A stretch of 64,000 nt of DNA, from positions 1,312,001 through 1,376,000 of the forward strand of contig CAXXTF010000002.1 of NCBI GenBank assembly GCA_963665775.2. The letters are read 5' to 3'. Under the pieces are notes generated by a model that saw only the letters and a program-made list of their open reading frames with translations, did no database searches and had not been told where the DNA came from. This DNA is from Dehalococcoidia bacterium. GTDB lineage: Bacteria > Chloroflexota > Dehalococcoidia > SM23-28-2 > RBG-16-64-32. The position numbers and the translations under genes were made by a program. Positions 39,904 through 48,906 of this stretch are shown here, piece after piece (the stretch's first letter is position 1; each line of letters opens with the position of its first letter).

Positions 39904-40956
39904 CTACGGGTAGACGGACGGGGCCTCCAGCCCCATGGTCTCCGGAAGGCCCAGCACCAGGTTCATATTCTGGATCGCCTGCCCAGCCGCCCCCTTCACC
40001 AGGTTATCGACGACGCTGACCACCACCAACCGCTCCGTGCGCGTATCCACTGTGGGATAGAGCAGGCACACGTTGCTGCCCTGCGTCTGCTTGGTGGAGG
40101 GCGGCCTGTCCACCACCCGCACGAACGGCTCCCCCTGATAGTAGTACCGGTACAGCTCCCGCACCGCCTCCTTGGCCGCCTCGCCTGCCGGCAGGCGGCC
40201 CTCCATCAGGGTCGCGTAGCAGGTGGAGAGGATGCCCCGCGTCATGGGGATCAGATGGGGCGTGAACGTCACCCGGGGCCACGACGGCTGTGACCCCGCC
40301 GAGAGCGGCCACATCCGCGCCAGCTCCTGGACGATCTCCGGCAGGTGCCGGTGCCCGTCCAGGCCGTAGGCGGAGACGCTCTCGTCCGCCTCGGCAAAGT
40401 GATAGGTCAGGTCCAGGGTACGCCCGGCGCCAGATATGCCCGATTTGGAGTCCACAATGATCTCCGTGCCGACGATCCCCGCCTTCACCGCCGGCGCCAG
40501 ACCCAGGAGGGCGCTCTCCGGATAGCAGCCCGGGTTAGCGATGAGCCTGGAGGCGCGCACCGCCTCCCGGTTCAGCTCCGTCAGGCCGTAGGTCGCCCGG
40601 AGCAGGAGGTCCGGCGCTGGATGCTCCGCGCCGTACCAGGCGGCGTACTCCTGGGGATCGCGCAGGCGAAAATCGGCGCTCATATCGACGATCGGCAGGC
40701 CGGCGCGGGCCAACGGCGCCACCGCCTCAGCGCTGGCCACGTGAGGCAGGGCCGAGAAGACGAAGTCCACCTCGCCCATCTCCGGCTCCACCACCAGATC
40801 GTAGCAGGCCAGGTGGGGAAAGACCTCGGCCAGGGTCTTACCGGCGGCGCTGCGACCGCTGACGCTGGTCAATCGGGCCTCCGGGTGGGTGTACAGCAGC
40901 CGGGCCAGCTCGGCCCCGGCGTAACCTGTCACATTAATGATCCCTACCCTGACCAT
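39904..40956 (-). CDS. argC: N-acetyl-gamma-glutamyl-phosphate reductase
   Basis: TGYAG, ANPGCYP, SGISGAG, DNLVKGAAGQAIQN; GGAGGAG RBS. Confidence 0.96.
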   Translation of the reverse strand: MVRVGIINVTGYAGAELARLLYTHPEARLTSVSGRSAAGKTLAEVFPHLACYDLVVEPEMGEVDFVFSALPHVASAEAVAPLARAGLPIVDMSADFRLRDPQEYAAWYGAEHPAPDLLLRATYGLTELNREAVRASRLIANPGCYPESALLGLAPAVKAGIVGTEIIVDSKSGISGAGRTLDLTYHFAEADESVSAYGLDGHRHLPEIVQELARMWPLSAGSQPSWPRVTFTPHLIPMTRGILSTCYATLMEGRLPAGEAAKEAVRELYRYYYQGEPFVRVVDRPPSTKQTQGSNVCLLYPTVDTRTERLVVVSVVDNLVKGAAGQAIQNMNLVLGLPETMGLEAPSVYP

Positions 40957-40967
40957 GGCGCTCCTCC

Positions 40968-41006
40968 AAAAAGTAAACCGCCCCACCACTGTTCAGCGGT
41001 GGGGCG
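40968..41006 (-). terminator. Intrinsic terminator in arg operon leader (attenuator)
   Basis: CGCCCCACCGCU-GAAC-AGUGGUGGGGCG then GUUUACUUUUU immediately before argC RBS. Confidence 0.88.
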
Positions 41007-41041
41007 TCTTCGTCTCCCTGTGTGCTTCTGCCGCTGGGCGT

Positions 41042-41128
41042 CTACCCGCTGGCACACCAAAGCCCACCGCTCCTCGAGCCAAGTCGAGGTCGTCGCTGGG
41101 CGATCCTGACGCCTGCCTGCGTTGCCAT
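41042..41128 (-). CDS. Putative Arg-rich leader peptide (28 aa) of arg operon
   Basis: MATQAGVRIAQRRPRLGSRSGGLWCASG; Arg codons AGG, CGA, CGA, CGA, AGG; contains a segment complementary to the terminator 5' arm. Confidence 0.7.
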   Translation of the reverse strand: MATQAGVRIAQRRPRLGSRSGGLWCASG

Positions 41129-41138
41129 GTCAGTGCCC

Positions 41139-41168
41139 ACGATAGCCAGCCACCCCTCGTGCTGTCAA
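41139..41168 (-). promoter_or_regulatory. sigma70-type promoter of arg operon
   Basis: TTGACA (41168-41163), 18 bp, TATCGT (41144-41139). Confidence 0.7.
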
Positions 41169-41203
41169 GGCCTACCAACCTGCCTGGGGAGTAGCCCTCC
41201 CCT

Positions 41204-41292
41204 GGATTACTCGCTCCACTCAGAATGACAGCCGCACGGCCCGTCACCCTGAGCCCTTCGGCTACGCTCAGGATAAACTCCGTGAACGGTCT
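41204..41292. repeat. REP-like palindromic doublet, copy 2 (inverted relative to copy 1)
   Basis: GGATTACTCGCTCCACTCAGAATGAC...GTCACCCTGAGCCCTTCGGCTACGCTCAGGATAAACTC. Confidence 0.8.
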
Positions 41293-41370
41293 CTAATCCG
41301 GGAGGCGCCTCGGGTCGTGAGGCCGCGTCGCCGCCGGCGCCTACCGATACCTATCGCGGCCGATCCGGGG

Positions 41371-41427
41371 TTGCCGGCGGCGACGTTGGCCGCTAGTATG
41401 GAAACCAACCGACGCGTCGGTTGGTTT
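41371..41427 (+). promoter_or_regulatory. Promoter plus TetR operator of tetR-men operon
   Basis: TTGCCG, 17 bp, TAGTAT, then perfect 26-bp palindrome AAACCAACCGACGCGTCGGTTGGTTT (41402-41427). Confidence 0.8.
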
Positions 41428-41432
41428 TGAGC

Positions 41433-42056
41433 ATGACGACACAGCAACCTCGGGCCCAGGAACGGCGACATCGCATTCTGGACGCGGCCCTGCGCACCTT
41501 CTCCCGCAGAGGATATCGTGACACTAGCGTGGATGAGATCGCAGAGGGGTCCCGCACCTCCAAGGGCGGCGTCTACTTCCACTTCCCCAATAAGGAGGCG
41601 ATCTTCCTCGCCCTCCTCAACAGATCCACAGCCCACCTGTTGGAGAGGATCGAGACGGCGATGGCCGCCCAGGAGGACCCCATCGCCAAGGCCGACGCCG
41701 CCCTGCTCACCGTTCTCCGCACCTTCGCCAATCACCGCGCCCTCGCCCGCTTATTCATGCTGGAGGCCCTGGGGGCCGGCCGCGACTTTCACCAACGCAT
41801 GTCGGAGATCCGCAGCGAGTTCGCCGCAATCATCCAGAGGCAGCTGGACGACGCAGTCCGGCAGGGCATCCTCCAGCCTCTCGACACGGAGGTCGCCGGC
41901 CGCGCCTGGTTCGGGGCTCTGGCCGAGATCACAACGAACTGGGTCTTCTCCGGCCAGCCGGAACGACTGGAGGACGCCTTCACCGCCCTCAGGCCGCTCC
42001 TGATGCGAAGCGTGGGGCTCACCAGCAACTCTCATCTCGAGATTCGACAGCGATGA
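41433..42056 (+). CDS. TetR/AcrR family regulator
   Basis: ILDAALRTFSRRGYRDTSVDEIA...SKGGVYFHFPNKEAIF; stop overlaps menF start. Confidence 0.93.
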   Translation: MTTQQPRAQERRHRILDAALRTFSRRGYRDTSVDEIAEGSRTSKGGVYFHFPNKEAIFLALLNRSTAHLLERIETAMAAQEDPIAKADAALLTVLRTFANHRALARLFMLEALGAGRDFHQRMSEIRSEFAAIIQRQLDDAVRQGILQPLDTEVAGRAWFGALAEITTNWVFSGQPERLEDAFTALRPLLMRSVGLTSNSHLEIRQR

Positions 42057-43471
42057 GCACGCCCGATCTGTACACGGCCCTGGCGGAGAGGCTGCGCCCC
42101 CTTATGGAGAGAGGCCTGAGCGAGGCCTCACGCCGCGGCGAGTCGATCCTCGTCAGCACGGCGGCGGCGATACCATCTAACGACCCGATACGCCTGTTCC
42201 AGCGAGCCGAGGCGCAGGAGCGGGCACTGTGGGAGCAGCCCAGCGAGGGGTTCTCCATGGTGGCCGTGGGCGCGGCGGCGCGGCTGACCGGGAGCGGAGG
42301 CAACCCGTTCCCGGATGTGACCGCCGCCTGGCGCCGTCTCACCTCGGACGCCCTGATAGAGTCCGGGGACGGCCTCCCCCTCGCCTTGCCTATCGGCCTG
42401 GGCGGCTTCGCCTTCGACCCCGTTCGCCCACGCGACCCCTGCTGGAAGGAGTTCTCGGACGCCCTCCTCATCGTTCCCCGGCTCCTTTTCGTCTCCCACC
42501 GCGGCTCCTCCTGGCTCAGCATCAGCCTCATGGCGACCCCCGGCGACGACGCCATCGCCGCCTCCGAGGGCGCCGTGGCCGAGCTCCGCCGCCTCCTATC
42601 CCACCGCGACACTGAAGAGAGGCGAAATCCATCCGCAGGCGACCCGACGCTGGAAGAGGAGGTCACGCCGCAAGCCTGGAGGGGTGCGGTAAGCCAGATC
42701 CTGCGGAACATCCACCAGGGCGATATGGAGAAGGCGGTGCTGGGTCGCAGGCTGCGCCTCCGCAGTGCGGCGCCGCTGGACCCCGGCCCGGTCCTGGACC
42801 GGCTCCGCCCCGCTTACAGCAGCTGCACTATCTTCGCCTTCACCCTCGGCGCCAGCACTTTCCTGGGAGCGACCCCCGAACGACTGATCCGGCTGCATGG
42901 GCAGAGCGTGCGCGCCGACTGCCTGGCCGGATCGACGGCCCGAGGGGCCAGCGAGCAGGAGGACCGATCGCTGGGGGCGGCGCTCCTGGCAGACGCCAAG
43001 GAGCGGCATGAGCACGCCCTGGTGGTCCGCGCCGCCCGCGACACGCTGGGGCCCCTCTGCTCGCAGCTCAGCCTGCCAGAGACGCCGGCCGTCCTGCGGG
43101 TGCCCACCGTCCAACACCTGCACACGCCCGTGGAGGGCCTGTTGCGTGGCCAGACCCACATCCTCGATCTGGTGGAACAGCTCCACCCCACGCCGGCCTC
43201 CGGCGGCCTCCCGCGCGAGGCTGCCCTGCCCCTCATCCGGGGGCACGAAGCCTTCGATCGGGGGTGGTACGCCGGCCCCGTGGGCTGGGTAGACGGGAGC
43301 GGCGGCGGCGAGTTCGTGGTCGCGATCCGATCCGCCCTGCTACACGAGCGTGAAGCCCTGCTCTACGCCGGCTGCGGCATCGTGGCCGGCTCCAACCCCG
43401 ACCACGAGTACCAGGAATCCTGCCTGAAGCTGCGAGCGATGCTATGGGCGCTGAACGGCAAGCGGACGTAG
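42053..43471 (+). CDS. menF: Isochorismate synthase
   Basis: FLGATPERL, LAGS, KERHEH, LHPTPA, RGWYAGP, YAGCGIV; men operon context. Confidence 0.9.
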   Translation: MSTPDLYTALAERLRPLMERGLSEASRRGESILVSTAAAIPSNDPIRLFQRAEAQERALWEQPSEGFSMVAVGAAARLTGSGGNPFPDVTAAWRRLTSDALIESGDGLPLALPIGLGGFAFDPVRPRDPCWKEFSDALLIVPRLLFVSHRGSSWLSISLMATPGDDAIAASEGAVAELRRLLSHRDTEERRNPSAGDPTLEEEVTPQAWRGAVSQILRNIHQGDMEKAVLGRRLRLRSAAPLDPGPVLDRLRPAYSSCTIFAFTLGASTFLGATPERLIRLHGQSVRADCLAGSTARGASEQEDRSLGAALLADAKERHEHALVVRAARDTLGPLCSQLSLPETPAVLRVPTVQHLHTPVEGLLRGQTHILDLVEQLHPTPASGGLPREAALPLIRGHEAFDRGWYAGPVGWVDGSGGGEFVVAIRSALLHEREALLYAGCGIVAGSNPDHEYQESCLKLRAMLWALNGKRT

Positions 43472-45246
43472 CGCCGGGCCAGCTCCTCCAGCAGTTCGTC
43501 GGCGCTTTCGTCAACGAGCTCGTGCACTCGGGGGTGACGCACGTCTGCCTCTGCCCTGGCTCCCGCTCCACACCCCTCGCCCTCCTCCTGCGCCGGCACC
43601 CAGCCATCCGGGTGTGGAGCCACCTGGATGAGCGCTCGGCCGCTTACTTCGCCCTCGGGATGGCCAAGGCGCTGCGGCAGCCGGTAGCCCTGGTCTCGAC
43701 ATCGGGCACCGCGGCGGTCAACTTCGCGCCGGCGGTGGTAGAGGCGCGATACTCGCGCGTCCCCCTGCTGGTGCTCACGGCGGACCGCCCGCCGGAGCTG
43801 CGAGAAGTCGGCGCCAACCAGACGATCGACCAGACACACCTGTACGGGCGGCACGCCAAGTGGTTCGCGGAGATGCTCCTGCCAGAGACCTCGGAGGCAG
43901 CGATACGCTACGCCCGTACGATGGCCTGCCGGGCGGTGGCCACTGCCCGCTCCAGCCCCCCCGGCCCCGTCCACATTAACTTCCCCTTCCGCGAGCCCCT
44001 GATACCGGCGATACCGGCGACAGGGAGCACCGACGACGCCGAGACCGACGGCCAGACCCCTTTCGTCGCCGTCCAGCAGGCACCGCGACGGCCGGCCCCG
44101 GCCGACCTCACTGCGCTGGCGGTGGCACTGCGGGCCGCCCGCCGGGGGCTCATCGTCTGCGGGCCGCAGGATGATCCGGCTCTCCCCGAAGCGGTGGCAG
44201 GGCTGGCCGAGGAGCTGAACTTCCCGCTTCTGGCGGACCCCCTATCCCAGGTGCGCTGCGGCCCTCATCATGGCCCCCGCGTTATCGACAACTACGACGC
44301 CTTCCTGCGAGACGAGGCTACAGCCCAGTCCCTGGCGCCCGACCTGGTGTTGCGGTTCGGCGCCACGCCCGTCTCCCGAGCCCTCCTGCTCTACCTCGAA
44401 CGCAACCCTCTGGCCCGCCAGGTCGTCGCCGGCGAGGGCGGCTGGAACGATCCGGCGCTCGTCGCCAGCCAGCTAATCGACGCCGACCCACCTTCCCTGT
44501 GCCAGGCCCTCCTGGAGGCCCTCCGCTTGGAAGGCCCGCGCCCACCTGCGTCCGATTGGCCTCTACACTGGCAGCGGACGGCCGGACAGACCCGCGCCGC
44601 CCTCCAGGGCTGCCTCGCGGCCCAGCCAGGCCTGTCGGAGCCAGCCGTCATCCTCGATCTCGCGGAGACGCTGCCGGCAGGGGCTACCCTCTTTGCCGGC
44701 AACAGCATGCCGGTGCGGGACCTGGACACCCTCTTCCCCGGCGGAGACCGCCCGCTCCGCTTCCTGGCCAATCGGGGCGCCAGCGGCATCGACGGCGTGG
44801 TCTCGACGGCGCTAGGGGCGAGCGCCGTCAGCCCAGAGCCCCTGGTGCTGGTCATCGGCGATATCTCCTTCTACCACGACATGAACGGGCTGCTGGCTGC
44901 CAAGCGGTACGGCCTCAACGCCACCATCGTCCTGCTACACAACGACGGCGGCGGCGTCTTCTCCCTGCTGCCGCCGGCCGACGACCCTGAGCACTTCGAG
45001 GAGCTGTTCGGCACCCCTCACGGCCTCGACTTCCGACCCGTGGCCGAGATGTACGGCCTCACCTACCGGCAGGTCCAGGGCCGCCAGGAGTTCCGCGCCG
45101 CGGCACGGGAATCGATCTCCGCCGCCGGGACCACTATCATCGAGCTGCGCACGGACCGGGCGGCCAACGCCCGCCTGCACCGCGACCTATGGGAGGCGAC
45201 CTCCTCTGCCGTCCGAGAACCCGCCGCCCGGGGGACAGGGCGGTGA
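43444..45246 (+). CDS. menD: SEPHCHC synthase
   Basis: PGSRSTPL, DERSAAYFALG, NSMPVRD, NRGASGIDG, GDISFYHD. Confidence 0.95.
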   Translation: MGAERQADVAPGQLLQQFVGAFVNELVHSGVTHVCLCPGSRSTPLALLLRRHPAIRVWSHLDERSAAYFALGMAKALRQPVALVSTSGTAAVNFAPAVVEARYSRVPLLVLTADRPPELREVGANQTIDQTHLYGRHAKWFAEMLLPETSEAAIRYARTMACRAVATARSSPPGPVHINFPFREPLIPAIPATGSTDDAETDGQTPFVAVQQAPRRPAPADLTALAVALRAARRGLIVCGPQDDPALPEAVAGLAEELNFPLLADPLSQVRCGPHHGPRVIDNYDAFLRDEATAQSLAPDLVLRFGATPVSRALLLYLERNPLARQVVAGEGGWNDPALVASQLIDADPPSLCQALLEALRLEGPRPPASDWPLHWQRTAGQTRAALQGCLAAQPGLSEPAVILDLAETLPAGATLFAGNSMPVRDLDTLFPGGDRPLRFLANRGASGIDGVVSTALGASAVSPEPLVLVIGDISFYHDMNGLLAAKRYGLNATIVLLHNDGGGVFSLLPPADDPEHFEELFGTPHGLDFRPVAEMYGLTYRQVQGRQEFRAAARESISAAGTTIIELRTDRAANARLHRDLWEATSSAVREPAARGTGR

Positions 45247-46115
45247 GCCGAATCGCTGTCAACGGCGTCCAGCTCAACGTGGAGGTACGGGGCGAGGGCC
45301 CGGCCCTGCTCCTGCTCCACGGCTTCACCGGCAGCGCTGCCACCTGGACACCCTTCCTGGACGCCTGGCAGGGGTTCACCACCATCGCCGTGGACCTCCT
45401 GGGGCACGGCACCTCGGACTCCCCGCCCCAGCCCGATCGCTACCGAATGGAGCGCTGCCTGGATGACCTCGTGACGCTCCTCGACCGACTAGGCTTAGGG
45501 CAGGCCGCCGTTCTAGGCTACTCGATGGGCGGACGCATCGCCCTGCGACTCGCCCTCCAGGCGCCGGCACAGCTCCGGGCCCTCGTCCTGGAGAGCACGT
45601 CGCCGGGGATAGACGACGCCACTGAGCGCGAGGCGCGCCTTCGCAGCGACGGCTCCCTGGCGGAGGCCGTCGAGCGGGACGGGATCGAGCCGTTCGTGGA
45701 GCGCTGGGAGGCGCAACCCCTCTTCGCCAGCCAGGCCCGGCTGCCACCCGCCCTACGGGATGGGTTGCGGCGGCAGCGGCTGGCCAACGACCCGCAGGGG
45801 CTGGCCCAAAGCCTGCGCGGCATTGGCGCCGGCCTCCAGGAGCCGGTGCTGAAGCGGCTGGGCGCACTGCGGCTGCCGACGCTGCTGCTGGCCGGTGCCC
45901 TGGACGAGCGGTACAGCGGTCTGGCCCGGCGCCTGGCAGCGGCCCTGCCCGGCGCCCGCCTGGAGATCGTGGCCCAGGCCGGACACGCGATCCATCTGGA
46001 GCAGCCGCAGCGCTTTTCGAAGCTGGTTAGGGGTTTCCTGGGCGAACTCCTACAGGAGACCACAGAGAGGAAGGTGGATCATGCCGGTAGCCTGGCGACC
46101 GACAAAGAGCTATGA
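45243..46115 (+). CDS. menH: SHCHC synthase
   Basis: [25 protein letters not shown]; GTG start overlaps menD stop. Confidence 0.9.
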   Translation: MSRIAVNGVQLNVEVRGEGPALLLLHGFTGSAATWTPFLDAWQGFTTIAVDLLGHGTSDSPPQPDRYRMERCLDDLVTLLDRLGLGQAAVLGYSMGGRIALRLALQAPAQLRALVLESTSPGIDDATEREARLRSDGSLAEAVERDGIEPFVERWEAQPLFASQARLPPALRDGLRRQRLANDPQGLAQSLRGIGAGLQEPVLKRLGALRLPTLLLAGALDERYSGLARRLAAALPGARLEIVAQAGHAIHLEQPQRFSKLVRGFLGELLQETTERKVDHAGSLATDKEL

Positions 46116-46899
46116 GGACATCATCTACGAGCAGGCGGAGGGGATAGCGAAGATCACCATCAACCGGCCGCAGGTGAGGAACGCCTTTCGGCCCACGACG
46201 TTGTTCGAGATCCAGGACGCTCTGGCGGAGGCCAGGGAGAACAGCGATGTCGGCGTTGTGGTCCTGACGGGAGCCGGCGAGCAGGCGTTCTGCTCCGGCG
46301 GCGACCAGCGGGTCCGGGGCGACGGGGGATACGTGGGCGAGGACAGGGTGCCCCGGCTCAACGCCCTGGACGTACAGCGCCAGATCCGCTACCTGCCCAA
46401 GCCGGTCATCGCTATGGTGGCGGGATACTGCATCGGTGGCGGCAACGTCCTGGCCCTGGTCTGCGACCTCACCATCGCGGCCGATAACGCCATCTTCGGA
46501 CAGACCGGACCCAGGGTCGGCAGCTTCGACGCCGGCTACGGGGCGACCATCATGGCCCGCATCGTCGGCCACAAGAAGGCACGCGAGATCTGGTACCTCT
46601 GCCGGCAGTATACGGCCCAGGAAGCGCTGGCGATGGGGCTGGTCAACGCCGTCGTCCCCCTGGCGCAGCTGGAGGAGGAGACGGTGCGCTGGGCCCAGGA
46701 GATCCTGGAGAAGAGCCCCATCGCCATCCGGGTGCTGAAGGCGGCCTTCAACGCCGATACCGACGGCCTGGCCGGCCTCCAGCAGCTGGCCGGAGACGCG
46801 ACGATGCTGTTCTACATGACGGACGAGGCCAAAGAGGGCCGCGACTCCTTCCTGGAGAAGCGCAAGCCGGACTTCTCCCGGTTCCCGCGTCTCCCCTGA
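46081..46899 (+). CDS. menB: 1,4-dihydroxy-2-naphthoyl-CoA synthase
   Basis: [32 protein letters not shown]. Confidence 0.96.
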   Translation: MPVAWRPTKSYEDIIYEQAEGIAKITINRPQVRNAFRPTTLFEIQDALAEARENSDVGVVVLTGAGEQAFCSGGDQRVRGDGGYVGEDRVPRLNALDVQRQIRYLPKPVIAMVAGYCIGGGNVLALVCDLTIAADNAIFGQTGPRVGSFDAGYGATIMARIVGHKKAREIWYLCRQYTAQEALAMGLVNAVVPLAQLEEETVRWAQEILEKSPIAIRVLKAAFNADTDGLAGLQQLAGDATMLFYMTDEAKEGRDSFLEKRKPDFSRFPRLP

Positions 46900-46909
46900 G
46901 GACGAACGA

Positions 46910-47809
46910 GTGATCGATAGCCAGCTCTCCTCCTCGATCGGCCCCTGGGCGAAATGGCTCCTGGCCATCCGGCCTGCCACCCTGTCAGCAGCGGTGGCCC
47001 CCGTGCTCGTCGGCACCGCCGCCGCGACCAACGAGCGGTTCCGCCTGGAGCTCTTCGTGGCTACCCTGACCGCCGCCCTACTCATCCAGATCGGCACCAA
47101 CCTGACCAACGACCTGTTCGACTACCAGCGGGGAGCGGACAGGCCGGACCGGCTGGGGCCCCCGCGGGTCACCCAGAGCGGCCTCATAACCCAGACTCAG
47201 GTGCGGAACGCCGCCTACCTCGCCTTCGGTGCGGCGGCCGCCATTGGCCTCTACCTCGTGTACGAGGGCGGCTGGCCCATCCTAGCTATAGGCATCGCCT
47301 GCCTCGTCGCCGCCGTCGCCTACACCGGGGGACCCTGGCCCCTGGGCTACCACTCCCTGGGCGAGGCGGCCTGCTTCCTCACCTTCGGCCTCGCCGCTGT
47401 CATCGGCACCTACTACCTTCAGGCCGAGGAGGTCCGCCTGGTGGCCATAGTGGCCGCCCTGCCCGTGGGGCTGTTGGTAACGGCTATACTCGTCGTCAAC
47501 AACCTGCGGGATATCGAGACCGATCGCAACGCTAGCAAGGTGACCCTGGCGGTACGGCTGGGGGCCAAGGCCACCCGCCTGGAGTACGTCTCCTTCGTCC
47601 TGGGCCCATACGCCCTGCTGCCGCTCTTGCTGCTGGCGGACGTGGAGGCCTGGTCCCTGCTCCCCTGGCTGACCCTGCCCCTAGCGCTCCGCCTCAGCCG
47701 AACGGTGCTGTCCGGCAGCGACGGACGCGCCCTCAACCCCGTCCTCAAACGGACGGCCCAGCTCCACCTCGCCTTCGGCTCCCTGCTGGCCGTGGGGCTG
47801 CTGCTATGA
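46910..47809 (+). CDS. menA: DHNA polyprenyltransferase
   Basis: RPATL, NLTNDLFD, YTGGPWPLGY, NNLRDIETD. Confidence 0.94.
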   Translation: MIDSQLSSSIGPWAKWLLAIRPATLSAAVAPVLVGTAAATNERFRLELFVATLTAALLIQIGTNLTNDLFDYQRGADRPDRLGPPRVTQSGLITQTQVRNAAYLAFGAAAAIGLYLVYEGGWPILAIGIACLVAAVAYTGGPWPLGYHSLGEAACFLTFGLAAVIGTYYLQAEEVRLVAIVAALPVGLLVTAILVVNNLRDIETDRNASKVTLAVRLGAKATRLEYVSFVLGPYALLPLLLLADVEAWSLLPWLTLPLALRLSRTVLSGSDGRALNPVLKRTAQLHLAFGSLLAVGLLL

Positions 47810-48906
47810 AGGTGATCGGGCTCACCTGGACGGCCTTCCGGCTACCGTTCCGAGAGGCCTTTCACACGGCCGGCGGTAGCTTAACGCAGCGCCAGGGGCT
47901 GCTCCTACGCCTGGCCACCGATGCCGGCTTCGAGGGGCTAGGGGAGGCATCGCCTCATCCGGCGCTGGGCCCGCTGGCCCTACGGGATGTCCAGGAGGCG
48001 CTGGAGCGCCTGGGGCCACGCCTCCTGGAGACGGAGGTGGCCGATATCGAGTCCCTCAACGTGGACATCCCACCGGCGCTCGCCTGCGCCCTGGATGTCG
48101 CCGCCTGCGACGCCCTAGCACGGGCCCGAGGCATCGGCATCGCCCGCCTCCTGAGCGAACAGCTCCAGCCTACCGTGCCCGTGAACGCCCTCATCGGCGC
48201 CGAGACCGTCGCTCAAGCGGCGTTCGAGGCAGCCGCCGCCCGCAGGAACGGCTTTCGCTGCGTCAAGCTCAAGGTGGGCACGGCCATGACCCCAACCGCC
48301 GAGGCGGAGCGGGTCGCCGCCGTGCGCCGGGCGCTGGGGCCGCACATCGAGCTACGGTTGGACGCCAACGGCGCCTGGGGCCCGGAGCAGGCGATCGTCA
48401 CGATCAGAGCCCTGGCCGGATTCGACCTGGAACTGATTGAGCAGCCGGTGGCGGCCGCCGACCTCGATGGGCTGGCCCGCCTGCGGGCGGCGGTGAACGT
48501 CCCCATCGCCGCCGACGAAGCCGTGGCAAGCCTGGAGGCGGCCCGGCGAGTCCTGGAGACGGATGCCGCCGATGTTCTGGTGGTCAAGCCGATGGTGGTG
48601 GGAGGGCTTCGCCCCGCCCGTCGCATCATCGAGCTGGCCGCGGCGGCCGGCGCGGAGGCGATTGTGACCACCACCATCGATTCGGGAGTGGGGACAGCCG
48701 CCGCCCTCCATCTGGCGGCCACGCTGCCCCCCGGCTCCCGGGCCTGCGGACTGGCCACCGGCACCCTCCTGGCCGGGGATCTGGTGAGGAACCCGCCCCT
48801 AACGCGGGCCGGAGAGATGGATCTGCCGGACGGACCTGGCCTGGGCGTCGACCTGGACGACGAGCTCCTCGCTCGGTTCACCGTCAAACAGGGGGCGCTG
48901 GCGTGA
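47806..48906 (+). CDS. menC: o-succinylbenzoate synthase
   Basis: KLKVG, RLDANGAW, EQP, ADE, KPMVVGG; operon context. Confidence 0.9.
   Translation: MKVIGLTWTAFRLPFREAFHTAGGSLTQRQGLLLRLATDAGFEGLGEASPHPALGPLALRDVQEALERLGPRLLETEVADIESLNVDIPPALACALDVAACDALARARGIGIARLLSEQLQPTVPVNALIGAETVAQAAFEAAAARRNGFRCVKLKVGTAMTPTAEAERVAAVRRALGPHIELRLDANGAWGPEQAIVTIRALAGFDLELIEQPVAAADLDGLARLRAAVNVPIAADEAVASLEAARRVLETDAADVLVVKPMVVGGLRPARRIIELAAAAGAEAIVTTTIDSGVGTAAALHLAATLPPGSRACGLATGTLLAGDLVRNPPLTRAGEMDLPDGPGLGVDLDDELLARFTVKQGALA

Noticed and set aside
40960-41170. T-box interpretation of the arg leader
   Set aside because: No GGTGGNACC T-box consensus or stem I motifs seen; uORF model fits better
41268-41735. 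Minus-strand ORF with RRRRRR run as the arg leader
   Set aside because: Antisense to tetR and upstream of the arg promoter, so not part of the arg transcript
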